From Mobula hypostoma (lineage: Eukaryota), in contig NC_086097.1 of the NCBI RefSeq assembly GCF_963921235.1, positions 214,708,001 through 214,772,000 of the forward strand: DNA of 64,000 nucleotides, in the 5' to 3' direction. The notes under the pieces are model-generated. The model had not been told where the DNA came from, did not search any database, and saw only the letters and a list, made by a program, of their open reading frames with translations. This document shows, in pieces, positions 25,521 to 37,764 of the stretch (position 1 is its first letter; each line of letters begins with the position of its first letter). Made by a program: the position numbers and the translations under genes.

Positions 25521-26839
25521 CTGGGTCTAAATCCTGCACAAATGCTAAACACTGGAAGAATTCCCGCCATTCAAAACGATGCTCATCATTATCCGCCGGA
25601 GAGCAACTTGGGGTAATTCAAGTTCACAGGCGCAGTAGCTGCATAACCTAAGCAACTGTAGACCAGATTGTCTAAAGGTGGTTGTGAACTTTGACATATG
25701 ATGAATGACATAATGCAAGATGAAATTCTTACCATCTAAAATTGCATAGGCTACACTCTGATTTGTGGAAAAGAAGCTACATTAGATCAATGAAGTGGGC
25801 CTGGATGTTTAGAAGATCTCAGTAAGAACCCTCACAAGAGACTTGTTTGAAAAAACTCAAGTGGTTGATGTAGGGGAAGATGCATCCTTTGGGGCTAAAA
25901 GCTGGCTGATGGGTACAAATATGAGTGTTACAGCAAATCGGCATGTATTGTAGTGGACCCGGAATGAAGTGATGTATCTCGAGAGTCAGTGATGTTGTCA
26001 GTATATATAGATGATTTTGACTTGAAGGGCACATTCTTAAGCCAGAAGCACTAAGTGGATGAATCTTCTTGGCCACCTCCTGGGAGCCTAACGGCATGTT
26101 TTTCAGCTAATTTGCTTAATTCGTTGTGACATTAAGGAATAGCAGAGTGCATTGGAAAGAGCAAAGGCTCTGGTTTCTGGCAGCATCTTAGCTTTATTGC
26201 TGACAACTTGTGCTGCAGAACTAACTGGGCCACTAACAAAGTAATTTCAGTCCAGCAACAATATAGTTATCAGAAAATTGTATATAATTGTGTAGGTGAA
26301 CAGGACAATTCCAACTCTTGTCCAAGTATCTTATTAGCCTGCTCTCATTCAATAGAAGAACAATGGAAAATGTGTTAACATGGGCATGAAGTGCCACTTA
26401 GTTACTAATAACTTGTTCACTGATAGTGAGGTTATTCTGGCAGCACACTCAAGAACTGAATAAAATGAAAACAATTATCTTTGACGTTAAGGCAGAATTT
26501 GAATCAGGCAGAACAAAAGAGCCTTAACAAAAAATAGCTCAGTGAAAGACAACAGAGAATTATATCTGTGCTTGGATTTACGCCCAGTAAAAGGAAAGAA
26601 TGTTGTGGTTGTTCAAGCATAGATCATCTTAGATTGAGGACATTGTCACAGGTACTCTTCACGGTAATTCTCAAACCCAACATGACTTAGCATAATGCTG
26701 AAATGGCAAGTGTTAAATTCTACTCACATTTCCTCAAGTAGTGAGATGGACAATAAGAAGAACTGGACTTTGAAAATGAATGTTCATGTTTCAGGTGCCA
26801 AGTTTTACTTCAGCAAAAGGCATGAGTATTGAAGATAAA

Positions 26840-27547
26840 AACAGAGAAACACTCAGTGGAGCAGCCCACATCTGCAAGAAGAGAAAACAGAGCTAAAGTT
26901 TAAAGTCAAAAGCCCTTCATCAGAATGAGCAGGGGACAAAATAGGTCTAAGCAGTAGAGAGGGTGAGGTGGGTGGGGGATGTCTGTGATAAGGTAAAATC
27001 AAGGTGTGTGGTCTGTAAGTGAATGACTATTTATTCGCTGAGAACATAGATATTGGAATGGCAAATTACAGAGGAAGGTAAGAGAGCAGGTCAGGCTGCA
27101 CACATCCTCCTCTCCCAGAGGAAAGCAAAAAGAAACAAAAAAAGGAAAGATAAAAATTAGCCGAGTCAATATAAAAAAAAATGGGCATCTGATGCTGACA
27201 GAGATATCAAGTTACCTCAACTTGTAGAATTCAGTATTAAGTCCAAACGCAGCAACATGAGCAGGCAGAAGATGATGAGTTGATGAGTTTGGGTTGACTA
27301 TGCAGGAAGCCACAGAGCTGTAGATCGGGGTGGGATTGGGAGAGCAAATCAAAGTGGCAGGCAACGGGGAGACCAGGGTCGCCTCATGAATGCAAGTTCT
27401 CCTCCAAGCGATCGCCCAGTCTGTGTTTGGTTCCTCCATTGTAAAGGAGACCACATTGTGAATATCAGACTCAATGCAACAGATTGGAAAAAATGCAACT
27501 AAATTACTGCTTCACCTGGAAAGACAGTTTGAGTCCCTGGATGGTGA
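26840..27547 (-). mobile_element. Old Penelope-like element 3' part (GIY-YIG remnant and terminal repeat)
   Basis: Similar to 53578-53935 (ttcacctggaaagacagtttg; GLNTEF); residual ctgatgaaggg on the minus strand near 26912-26922. Confidence 0.7.
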
Positions 27548-27856
27548 CTTTCACTTGAGAATTTAAGGTGTTTGTAACAAGGATGCTTGCCTTGATAATT
27601 GGAACAATGGTTAAGCAGCTTAGCACTATCGAGAAAGAAATCAGTTATTTGGTCAAAATTGCACTTATCAATGTATATCAGCAGCCTCTCTACAAATAAT
27701 CTACTGTGGCTTTAGTGCAGATAATCCACAGGATGCTTCATGACATCTCTAAGTGTCCCTGACTTCCAATACCTAGAGGGATAAGAGCATCAGCTAAATG
27801 GAAATGTGATTACCTTCAAGTTCACTTCAAGTTTCACACTATTCTGATGTGGATAT

Positions 27857-28470
27857 GTAGAAACATAGAAAAACTACAGCATGATACAGGCCCTTTGGCC
27901 CACAATGCTGTGATGAACATGTACTTACTTTAGAAATTACCTAGGGTTACCCATGGCCCCCTATTTTTCTAAGCTCCATGTACCAATCCAGGAGTCTCTT
28001 AAAAGACCCAAATGCATCCGCCTCCAACTGTGCCCCATCATGTTAGCCATTTCAGCCCTGGGAAAAAGCCTGTGACTATCCGCATGATCAGTGTCTCTCA
28101 TCATCTTATACACCTCTATCAGGTCACCTCCCATCCTCCGTCGCTCCAAGGAGAAAAGGCCAATTTCACTCAACCTATTCTCATAAGCCATGCTCTCCAA
28201 TCCAGGCAACATCTTTGTAGTTTTCACATACTTCCTGTAGTGAGGTGACCAGAACTGAGCACAGTACTCCAAGTGGGGTCTGACCAAGGTCCTATATAGC
28301 TGTAACATTACCTCTCGGTTCTTGAGCTCATTCCCACGATTGATGAAGGCCAATGCACCGTATTCCTTCTTAACCACACAGTCAACCTGCGCAGCAACAT
28401 TGAGTGTCCTATGGACTCGGACCCCAAGATCTCTCTGATCCTCCACACTGCCAAGAGTCTTACCACTTGG
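27857..28470 (-). mobile_element. CR1 3' fragment
   Basis: QRDLGVRVH...LYRTLVRPHLEYCAQFWSPHY. Confidence 0.9.
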
Positions 28471-28747
28471 TATATTATCCTTTGGTCAAGATCTTGGAGC
28501 TCTCTGCCTCACTATATTACAGGAATATCTTTGTAACAAGTATTTAAGTGTTTGAAGTAGAAAGCTGACAGCCATTTTCTCAAGAGCAACGAAGGATAAC
28601 ATAAACATGCTCACCATGCTTGGATTATTTCCACTGATGAAATTGAGAGGAGAGTTTTGTGAATTTTTTTTATAATTACCAAAATATTTGCTGCAATACA
28701 GATCGATTAAATGATTTATTTGGTTTTTGGTCTTTAATTCAGAATTG

Positions 28748-29010
28748 TTATGAGGATGTTTAAAGGGAACATGGGCGGGGTGCTTCTTCACACAGAGAGT
28801 GGTGGGAGTGTGGAATGAGCTGCCAGACAAGGTGGTAAATGCGGGTTCTTTTTTAACATTTAAGAATAAATTGGACGGATACATGGATGGGAGGTGTATG
28901 GAGGGATATGGTCCGTGTGCAAGTCAGTGGGACTAGGCAGAAAATAATTCGGCACAGCCAAGAAGGGCCAAAAGGCCTGTTTCTATGCTGTAGTTTCTAT
29001 GGTTTCTATG
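28748..29010 (+). mobile_element. CR1 3' end
   Basis: ttcttcacacagagagtggtgggagtgtggaatgagctgcc...; (TTTCTATG)n tail. Confidence 0.85.
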
Positions 29011-29819
29011 ACAGCAGGGTAAAAAAAATCAGGCCCTTTCTGCAGAGGTTTCTCAGTTGCACTGCAGAGAACATTGAGGCAAAGATCTTTTAACCTTTTA
29101 AGAAAATATTTGATTTGGAGGAGATGCAAATTCACTGAACAAAGAGCATTGTAATTAGGTTTCTGTTGCTCCAGCAAAGAGCCGGAACAGAAAATGTGAC
29201 CCAAGTGGTCTCCATTTGGTCAACAAACTTTTACTTTTCTACAGCCCTGACTACACCACATGAGACTGCCTAATTGTGACAACAACCATTGTAATTTGCG
29301 GGCAAAGAAGTTAAAGTTGATGGAAAGTCAAGTTATTGTGCAGAAATCACCCCCAGTCATTAAAGGAAACATACCAGAAATTCCTCTTTAAAGTATTAAA
29401 ACAAATGCCTATTTGTCCTGAAAAGCTTATTGAGAGAATCAGCTTTGACCACAGACCCAATGAAATCTTAATTCTTTAAAGTAATATGCTGAATGATTGA
29501 TTTCCTATACCAGTACTCAAATGGCTACAGGTAAAATACTCATGCCATATATCAACATGAAAAATGGATCTGTCAAGTTATTACAGGAAATGGAAACATT
29601 TTCACTTGAAAACATCTGTTCAGTTTTGAGACCCATTGGGATTACATACTTTGTCAGGCATGTCTTCAGATTTCTGTCTCTTTACTGAGAGGCTATCAGT
29701 TCAGAAATGGGCAGAAAAAGAATGGATAAAGTTATCCTGATAAAACAGAAGTACACTGCATCATGAGACTTGTTTTCAGAGAAATGGATAAGTTTTAATT
29801 CCTACTTCACTGAACAGAC

Positions 29820-30270
29820 ACACCAAAGTGAAGAAAGACTATGAGGAGAGATTGAGCTGGACTGTACTAGCTAGAGTTCAGAAGAATGAGAGGAGATCTA
29901 TTAGAAACATAAAATTATGAAAGGGATAGATAAGATAGAGGTAGGTAAGTTGTTTCCACTGGTAGGTGAGACTAGAACTAGGGGACATAGCCTCAAGATT
30001 CAAGGAGTAGATTTGGGATTGAGATGAGGAGGAACTGCTTTTCCCAGACGTAGCGAATCTGTGGAATTCTCTGCTCAATGAAGCAGTGGAGGCTACCTCA
30101 GTAAATATATTTAAGACAAGGTTGGATAGACTTTTGCATCGTAAGGGAATTAAGGATTATGGGGAAAAGGCAGTTAAGTGGAGATGAGTCCATCATCTTA
30201 TTGAATGGCGGAGCAGGCTTGATGAGCCAGATGGCCTAGTCCTGCTCCTATTTCTTATCTTCTTATGTTC
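29820..30270 (+). mobile_element. CR1 3' end
   Basis: agaagaatgagaggagatct...ctagggdacat-like RTRGHSL region (agaactaggggacatagcctcaag); (TCTTA)n tail. Confidence 0.85.
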
Positions 30271-30274
30271 TTAA

Positions 30275-30586
30275 GTGTGGGCACGTGGCCAAGTGGTTAA
30301 GGCATTGGACTAGCGACCTGAAGGTCATGAGTTCGAGCCCCAGCCGAGGCAACGTGTTGCATCCTTGAGCAAGGCATTTAATCACACATTGCTCTGCGAG
30401 GACACTGGTGCCAAGCTGTATTGGCCCTTGCCCTTCCCTTGGACAACATCGGTGTCGTGGAGAGGGGAGACTTGCAGCATGGGCAACTGCTGGTCTTCCA
30501 TACAACCTTGCCCAGGCCTGCGCTCTGGAGAGTGAAGACTTTCCAGGCGATCCATGATCTCACAAGACTAACGGATGCCTTAAATA
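30275..30586 (+). mobile_element. tRNA-derived SINE with RTE-like 3' tail
   Basis: A box TGGCCAAGTGG and B box GAGTTCGAGCC. Perfect 10-bp TSD ATGTTCTTAA (30265-30274 / 30587-30596). The tail resembles the RTE 3' end at 44655-44695. Confidence 0.85.
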
Positions 30587-32386
30587 ATGTTCTTAAAATG
30601 TCGCAAGCTATTTTGTCTTCCAAATACTTTCATTTCCGTTCCAACTTAACAACAACATTTTCCCCCCAGTGAATGGGATTGCAGTGAGTATTTCAGCTTT
30701 AATCCTAGGTTAGACTGCTCAGTGAAGATTATCTCTCTTTCTCAATACACTTCAAGGAATCAAAACAGAAAATGGCTGGAATACTCAGTAGATTATGCAA
30801 CATCCGTAGAGAGTGAAACACTTTATTGGAACTTCTGAAGGGTCATCAATCATTTCTATCTTTGGAAAAGTTCCTGATCTGCTGAGCATCCCTAACATTT
30901 TCTTTTTTTATTTCAGATTTTCATCTTATTAATTTTTTTTTGTTGCTCTTCGATTTTGAAGATTTGTCTGTGACTCATAGCTATCACTAAATTAACAACC
31001 TCACTCTTAAGAAGCAACAGGTTACCTGTCATTTGAAATTCAGCCATGCTGGGTGTGATGGGATAGCCATTGCTACTAAGCATATGGCATGAAGTCTGTT
31101 GGCACAAGACAACAAATTTTATGTTTCACGTGAACGACAATAAATCTGATTCCGATTCAGATTCTGAGGATTGGGAACTTTTCTTTTATTCATCATTTGA
31201 AAAAAAAAAGGAAAATAGAAAGCAAAATAAATTTACCAAGCAAATTTCTTCAGATACAAGAAATCTAACATAAAAACAAAAAAAAACAAAGCATTTTCTT
31301 GGCTTTGCCCCTATATGAGCTATGTGTTCGGGGATACGGGGACCTTAGAAATGCAGCTTCACTGATAAATTCTAGTTCTTTTCTCTCTTCTGTCCAGCAA
31401 GCAAAATCTTTAGCTGCCTGGCAGGTCCATAAGGACACAATGAATAAAAGCCTGGTGGTGGAGTTGCAGAGACACTGTGGTTGGGGTAATCCGATATGGG
31501 CCAGATTAGGAAAGATAATGAAAGACTGATCATGGCTGGAGGTGAAGTAAGGTAATGAGCAAATTAGTATTAAGCAGTTCTTTATCAAGTATGTAATAGA
31601 ACATGGAGCATAAAACAGTACTGTACAGGAGCAAGCTCTTTGGCCCACGAGTTTGTGACAAACATAATGCCAAATTAAGCTAATGCTATCTGCCTGCACA
31701 TGGTCTATATCCCTTCATCGCTCTGCCTTTAATATTCAAGAAAATGCATTCCAATTGAACTTCAATCTACTATCCTCCAGTAGCATGTGATAATTCTTGA
31801 ATCTAATCTTCTGACCTCTCCCAGTGCAACTATTAACTCAATACCAATATGGGATGAAATGAAGATCAAACTTATCCTTTACAATCAAAAAATAATTGTA
31901 TTAAATTAGTCTGTGTTGGATTTAAAGCACAATACCACAACAATCTTTGTCGCACTGCATCACACATTCCTCTGATAATAGATTTTTTTAAAATAAATGC
32001 CCGGGATTATAGCCTGGGGCAAAGCAATGCAAATTAACCACTCTAGACAGAACGTTCAGTGATATGACCGAACAAGAGAAATCTGTTAATTTTCAGACTT
32101 GTGTTGCAGTATTGATTGGCTGCTGGAAGCAATTCTATCAGAGCAATCTCTAGCACTTAAGCAAAACCAAACTGATTGATAACTTCTGTCAATGACAAAT
32201 GCATTGATGTCCACCTCCTTAAGAAAAGTACAATCCTAATGCAGCGAACAGAGTTTTGTAATCTGGCACCCTCAAAGAAACCAATTCCATCAAGCTTCTC
32301 AGTGGCTCAAGTGAATTATCTAGTACAAAGGTGAATGTGGCAAAGCAGAAAGATTTCGGCTTAATACAATGTTTTCTCTTCAAAAT

Positions 32387-33780
32387 CCTCCATGTTTTGT
32401 CAGTCAAGGCAAAAATAAAGGACAATGAGCTCAACTGGGAGCAAAACCTTGTTGTCAACTATGTCACTTGGTTTTACTTTATAGGAGATGATAGCATTCG
32501 AGCTTCGACACAACTGACAAGCAGATGTGCTTCTGTGATTCAAATTTTGCCTGGGATTGCCACTTTGCATGTGAAATGGCTTTCTGGAGGTCACAGTTAC
32601 ACCACTTGTATTTTACCTTGCTGCAAGACCTGAACGCCATTGATCTGACCCTCAGCAGATTGCAGATCTCTTGGTTCATTCAGGGTTTCTGGGTGGAGAA
32701 GACTGAATTATTTTAAGGGATAAACTCATCTACACCTGACTTTATAAAGTTCGTGATGACCTTGGTGAGTTCTTGAACATGGCCCAGTCCACTGACTTGA
32801 AGCAATCCCACAGTTTCTCCTCTGTCTCCTGCGATCACCTCTTTGTTCTCCTTACCTCTGGAGTCTTGCTCTTTAGCCTCTGCTTGTGTGCAAGTAGGAG
32901 GACGGCCAGATGATCAGATCTGATTTCCCAAAATGCGGTCGAGAGTAATTGTAGTGTAACTGTGGTTGAGTGTGTTGACAGCCCTAGTGATGCAAGTGAT
33001 ACACTGATGATAAATGGGCAGAGACTTTTTTAAGCAAACTTGACTGAAGTTGCCGGCAATAATTTGAAAGGCTTCAGGGTAGTCTCTTTCTTTTTTGCTA
33101 ATCATGGGTCTCAATACATTGACTGCTTGCCTAACATTAGCCTTTCACAGCATGGAAACTGCAGTCAGGATCATGGAGGAGAATTCTCTCGGTAAGTAGG
33201 ATGGACAGTACTTAATCATCAGATGTTTCAGATTAGGAGAACAAGGTCTGAGCACCACTAAGAGCTTATCATGAAACACAGACCCCCACCTGTTCCCTTC
33301 TCTGGATCAGCAGTTTTGCCCAACTAGTGGATCAAGAACCCTTCTACCTCGAGTGCTGTATCTGGCATGTCCAGAGTGAGCCATGTCTCCGTGAAACAGA
33401 AACCACAGCAATCGCTCATTTCCTTCTGATATAACGATCTTGCCCTTAGCTCCTTAATCTTGCTCTCCAGTGACTGTACATTTGTTAACATGATGCTGGG
33501 TGGAGGAAGTTTACTATCCCACTGTTTTAGTCTTCCCTCCTTCCTCTTTTCCGGCCAGGGTGATGGATCTGCATTTGCTTTAAAGTGTTGCACTTGCATT
33601 CCTGAGTCAGGTCTGCTGAGTTCTTCAGGAGATATAAAATTGCTAGTTTGCTTAGAGGATTCAAAAGCATGTTACTTAGAGGGAAATTACAGGCTGCAGA
33701 TTGCCGAGATTGTAGTTCAGAGAAGTATATCAAGAAGTTTTGTGAGCTCTGTGCCATGTATCATCAGCACCATCTTGGAC
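32387..33780 (-). mobile_element. Inverted 5' half of a Rex1 LINE (5' end and APE endonuclease)
   Basis: PSIMLTNVQSLESKIKELRAR...CCGFCFTETWL (APE N-terminus) and MNQEICNLLR; 5' end ccaagatgg at ~33778. Confidence 0.9.
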
Positions 33781-35565
33781 AGGAGGCACCTTCACAAACT
33801 CCCACAACCCCTTATGACCCTGTGATTTCAGTCTGTGAGGCCGGCATGAGAGCACCCATCAGCAGGATGAACCCACGGAAATCAGCTGGCCCAGACCAGG
33901 TACCTTGCTGAGTACAGAAGGCCTGTGCTGATCAACTGGCTGGAATGTTCACTGATACTTCTATAATCTCTCGCCCCACCATACTGAGGTACCCCCTGCC
34001 TGCTTTAAACAGGCTTCATTTATACCGGTGCTGAAGAGGATAATGGCGATCTGCCTCAATGACTGTCGTTCACTACTTGCATCCACTGTGATTTCAGAAA
34101 TTGGTAGTTTCACATTTCAACTCCTGCCTGGGGAGTAACTTGGATCCATTCCAACTTGCCTACCATCACAATAGGTTAACAGCAGATGCCCTTTCATTGA
34201 CTCTCCACCCCATGCTGGAACTTCTGGATAGTGAAGGTGCATTCATCAGGATGCTCTTCATCGACTACAGCTCTGCATTCACCCCCTCAGAACTAATCAA
34301 TAAGCTCCAAGACCTTGGCTTCATTGCCTCCTTGTGCAACTGGATCCTTGATTCCCTCATTTGTGGACTCTAGTCAGTTTGGATTGGCAACATTTCCTTC
34401 ACAATCACCATCAGCACAGGCGCACCACAAGGCTTTGTGCTTGGCCCCCTATTCTACTTGCGTTATGCTCATGACTGTGAGGATAAGCACAGCTCCAATG
34501 CCACACTTAAGCTGCTGATGACACCACTGTCATTAGCAGAATCAAAGGTATATTAATCAGCATATAGGAGGGAGATTTTGAGGAGAGATTGTTCCCCTTG
34601 TGAAATGTAGGAGAACAGGGAAACATCAAATGTCTGACAGCTATGCCATATTTAAGTTGTTGACAACGATGGTGATGAATCGCTTAGAGGAGGGAGATGA
34701 AAAATCCAGCTGAGTGGTGCCATAACAACAGCCCCTCTCTCAATGTCAGCAAGAACAAGGAGCTGACTATTGATTTCAGGAGGAGAAAACTGCAGGTCCA
34801 TGAGCCAGTCCTCATCAGGAGATCAGAAGTAGAGAGTGTCAGCAACTTCAAATTCCGCTTTATCTTTTCAGAGGATCTGTCCTGAGCCCCAGATGCAAGT
34901 GCCGTTACACAGAAGGCATGGCAGCGCCTCTACTTTCTAAGAAGTTTGTGAAGATTTAGCTTGTCATCTAATACTTTGATAAACTTCTGTAGATGTGTGG
35001 TAGAGAGAATGCTGACTTGTTCCATCATGCCCTTGGACTGAAAAGCCTACAAAATGTAGTTGATACAGCACAGTCCATCAAAGGTAAAGCCCACCCCGCC
35101 ACCACTGAGCACATCTACACAGAGCGCTGTCACAGGAAAGCAGCATCCATCATCAAAGACCCCCACCATCCAGGCCATGCTGTCTTCTCACTGTTGCCAT
35201 CAGGAAGAAGGTACAGGAGCCTCAGGTCCCACATACTAGGTTCAGTACCAATTGTTACCCCTCAACAATCAGGGATAACCACTCGCCCCAACATTGAAGT
35301 GATTTCACAAGCTATGGACTCAAATTCAAGGCTCTACTACTCATGTCCTCAATATTCATTATTTATTTATGTATTTATTATTCTGTTTTTTTTGTATTTG
35401 CATAATTTGTTGTCTTTTGCAAATTGGTTGTTTGTCCATCTTTGTTGTGTATGTTTTTTCATTGATTCTATTGTGTTTCTTTGTATTTACTGTGAATGCA
35501 CAAAAGAAAATGAATCTCAAGGTAGTATATGGTGACATTGATAAGAAATTTACTTTGAACTTTGA
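33781..35565 (+). mobile_element. Rex1 LINE RT and 3' end
   Basis: MNPRKSAGPD, DPFQLAY, IRMLFIDYSSAF and KNKELTIDFRR; tail tttactttgaactttga. The KFADD region appears partly duplicated at ~34500-34700. Confidence 0.9.
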
Positions 35566-35749
35566 ATGTTGTTTTCATGCAATATTCTATAGTAATACCA
35601 GTAACTTAGATTAGTGTGAGTGAAGGCATTAGCTTTACTCTGCATTTTGTGTGAGGTTAGCTGATCTGAATGTGCCGAGCAGGATGGGAGTTACGTCGGT
35701 GTTCTGGGAAAACACAGATACTGTTTCCAGTCCTGTGGAGGATTTCATA

Positions 35750-36330
35750 GTGCAGGATCAGCAATGGAAAGGATGAGCAGCTTCTCATTCCTGGGCTTCA
35801 ACATCTCAGAAGATCTGTCCTGGGCCCAACACACGAAGAAGCCAAGCCAGCAACTCTACTTCATCAGGAGTTTGAGGAGATTTGATATGTCTTCAAAGAC
35901 TTTTTCAAATTTCTAAGTTGCACTGAAGGTTGGTCTTTTATTTTTATTTTTATTCTTTTTTTTCCTTACTTGGGTTCTTTCAGGTTTGCTACCCGTGAGC
36001 AAACAAATCTCAAGGTTGTATAATTCATACATTCATGATAATAAATGAACCCTGAATCTTGAATGTACAGTGGAGAGCATTCTGTTCAGTTGTATTTCAG
36101 TCTCAATGTCGCAACTCCGTCACAGGTACAACCCTCCCATCCAGCACATCACAACCATTGAGGCAGTGCCTAAAGAAGTCAATATTTGTCAATAAGGGCC
36201 GTCACAATGTGAGACATGCCCTCCTCTCATTAGTATCATTGGGGAGGAGGTACAGGAGTTTGAAGACCCACAGCATCTTCCTCACAACCAGCAGATTTCT
36301 GAATGGTTCATAAACCTATGAACACTACCC
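35750..36330 (+). mobile_element. Rex1 3' fragments with an inserted non-autonomous tail (~35920-36062)
   Basis: ttcctgggcttcaacatctcagaagatctgtcctgggcccaacac; ggagagcattctg; GRRYRSLKT. Confidence 0.75.
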
Positions 36331-36399
36331 CGTTAAGCCTTTTTATTGAACTGAAATGGGACCAATGTCCTAGTCAGGAAATCTGCTTTTTCCAACAGA

Positions 36400-37760
36400 G
36401 AGATTTAAACTAGACTGTGGTTAGTGGGGAGATGGATGAAGGAACTTAAGGCCCAAAATGCAAGTGAGAGACTTTTTTAAAAAAAAAGTCATATTAAGAG
36501 TCCAAGGAGAGCACGTCTCTGTGAGGGTGACTTATCAGGTTCAGAGAATCCTGACTGATGAGAGATATTGAGGCTCCGGTCAGTAAAAAAAAGGATGCAT
36601 CATATTTTAGGCAGCTGGGTACAAATGAATCCATTCATAAATGTTAAAAACGGTTTAATAGGCTTAAAAGGAAATTCAGGTGGGTGAAAACAGGATCTGA
36701 GATGTATTTGGCAGGCCTGGTTAGTTCTTCATTTAAGTTAGCAGTGAAACAGTGACCAAGGAAAAATTAGATCCCCTTCAAGGCCATCAGGGCCACCAAT
36801 GAGTAGAGCTACAGCAGATGACTGAGATTTTTAATGTCCATTTCTCTTCAACTTTAGTAAGGATCATGGATACCTGAGAAAGGGAGTAAATAAGGAACAT
36901 ATGCATATAACAAGGAAAGAGGTATTTGCAGCCCTGTAGTGCCTTAAGGTGGCATATCTCCACAGCCTGACCAGATAATCCCTGGACCTTATAGAAGGTC
37001 AGGGAAGAAATTAGAGAGGCCCTTGTAGAATAATTTGCTTTATCATAAGTTCCAGAAAAGTTTCCGAAAACTGGAGGGTGACTGATGTTGTTCCATTGTT
37101 CAAAAAGGATAGCAAAGACAGGCCTGCAAGCTTGATTTCAGTTGCAAGGAAATCACTGGAGGGAAGTCTGGAGGATAGGATGTCCCATCACTTGGATAGT
37201 TCACGCTTCATGAAGAATAATCGACACGGCTTTGTGAGTGGGGAGTGATTCTGGCAAATTTTTTGGAGCTTTTCAAAGAAGTAACTAAGGAGATTGGTGA
37301 AGGTAGAGCAGAAGATGTTGGCTATATGGACTTTAATAAGGCCTTTGACAAGGATCCACATGGCAGGCTGATCTGGAAGGTTTGATCGCATGGGATTCAG
37401 GGGAATCTAACAAGGTGAATTCAGAATTGGCTTGATAGGAAGCAGAGAGTGATGGTTTAAGGTTTATTCTCTAACTTGGAGTCCTGTGGGTAGTGGAGCG
37501 TCACAGAGGTCAGTGTTGCATCATTATTTATGTAAGTAATTTAGATATTAAAGTACATGGCATGATTAGCAAGTTTGTTGATGATACTAATTTAGGGTAT
37601 CTTGTTGATGAAACAGCTTAGAATGAATGGCAGATTAATCAGATAGGGAGATGGACTGATGATTTGCAAACAGATGGCCAAACCAGGATCAGACTTACAC
37701 AGTGCATGGCAGACCACCGATGCGTGTTGTGGAACAGAGGGACCTGAATACAAGTGCACA
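36400..37760 (+). mobile_element. Old CR1 LINE (ORF2 middle and RT); may continue at ~39710-39940
   Basis: tatatggactttaataaggcctttgacaagg (YMDFNKAFDK), aagtttgttgatgatactaa (KFVDDT), gaacagagggacctg. Confidence 0.75.
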
Positions 37761-37764
37761 ATTT

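Noticed and set aside
30277..30352. Possible tRNA gene
   Set aside because: It has A and B boxes but continues into a 300-bp body bounded by a TSD, with no convincing acceptor stem or T-run terminator. It is a SINE head.
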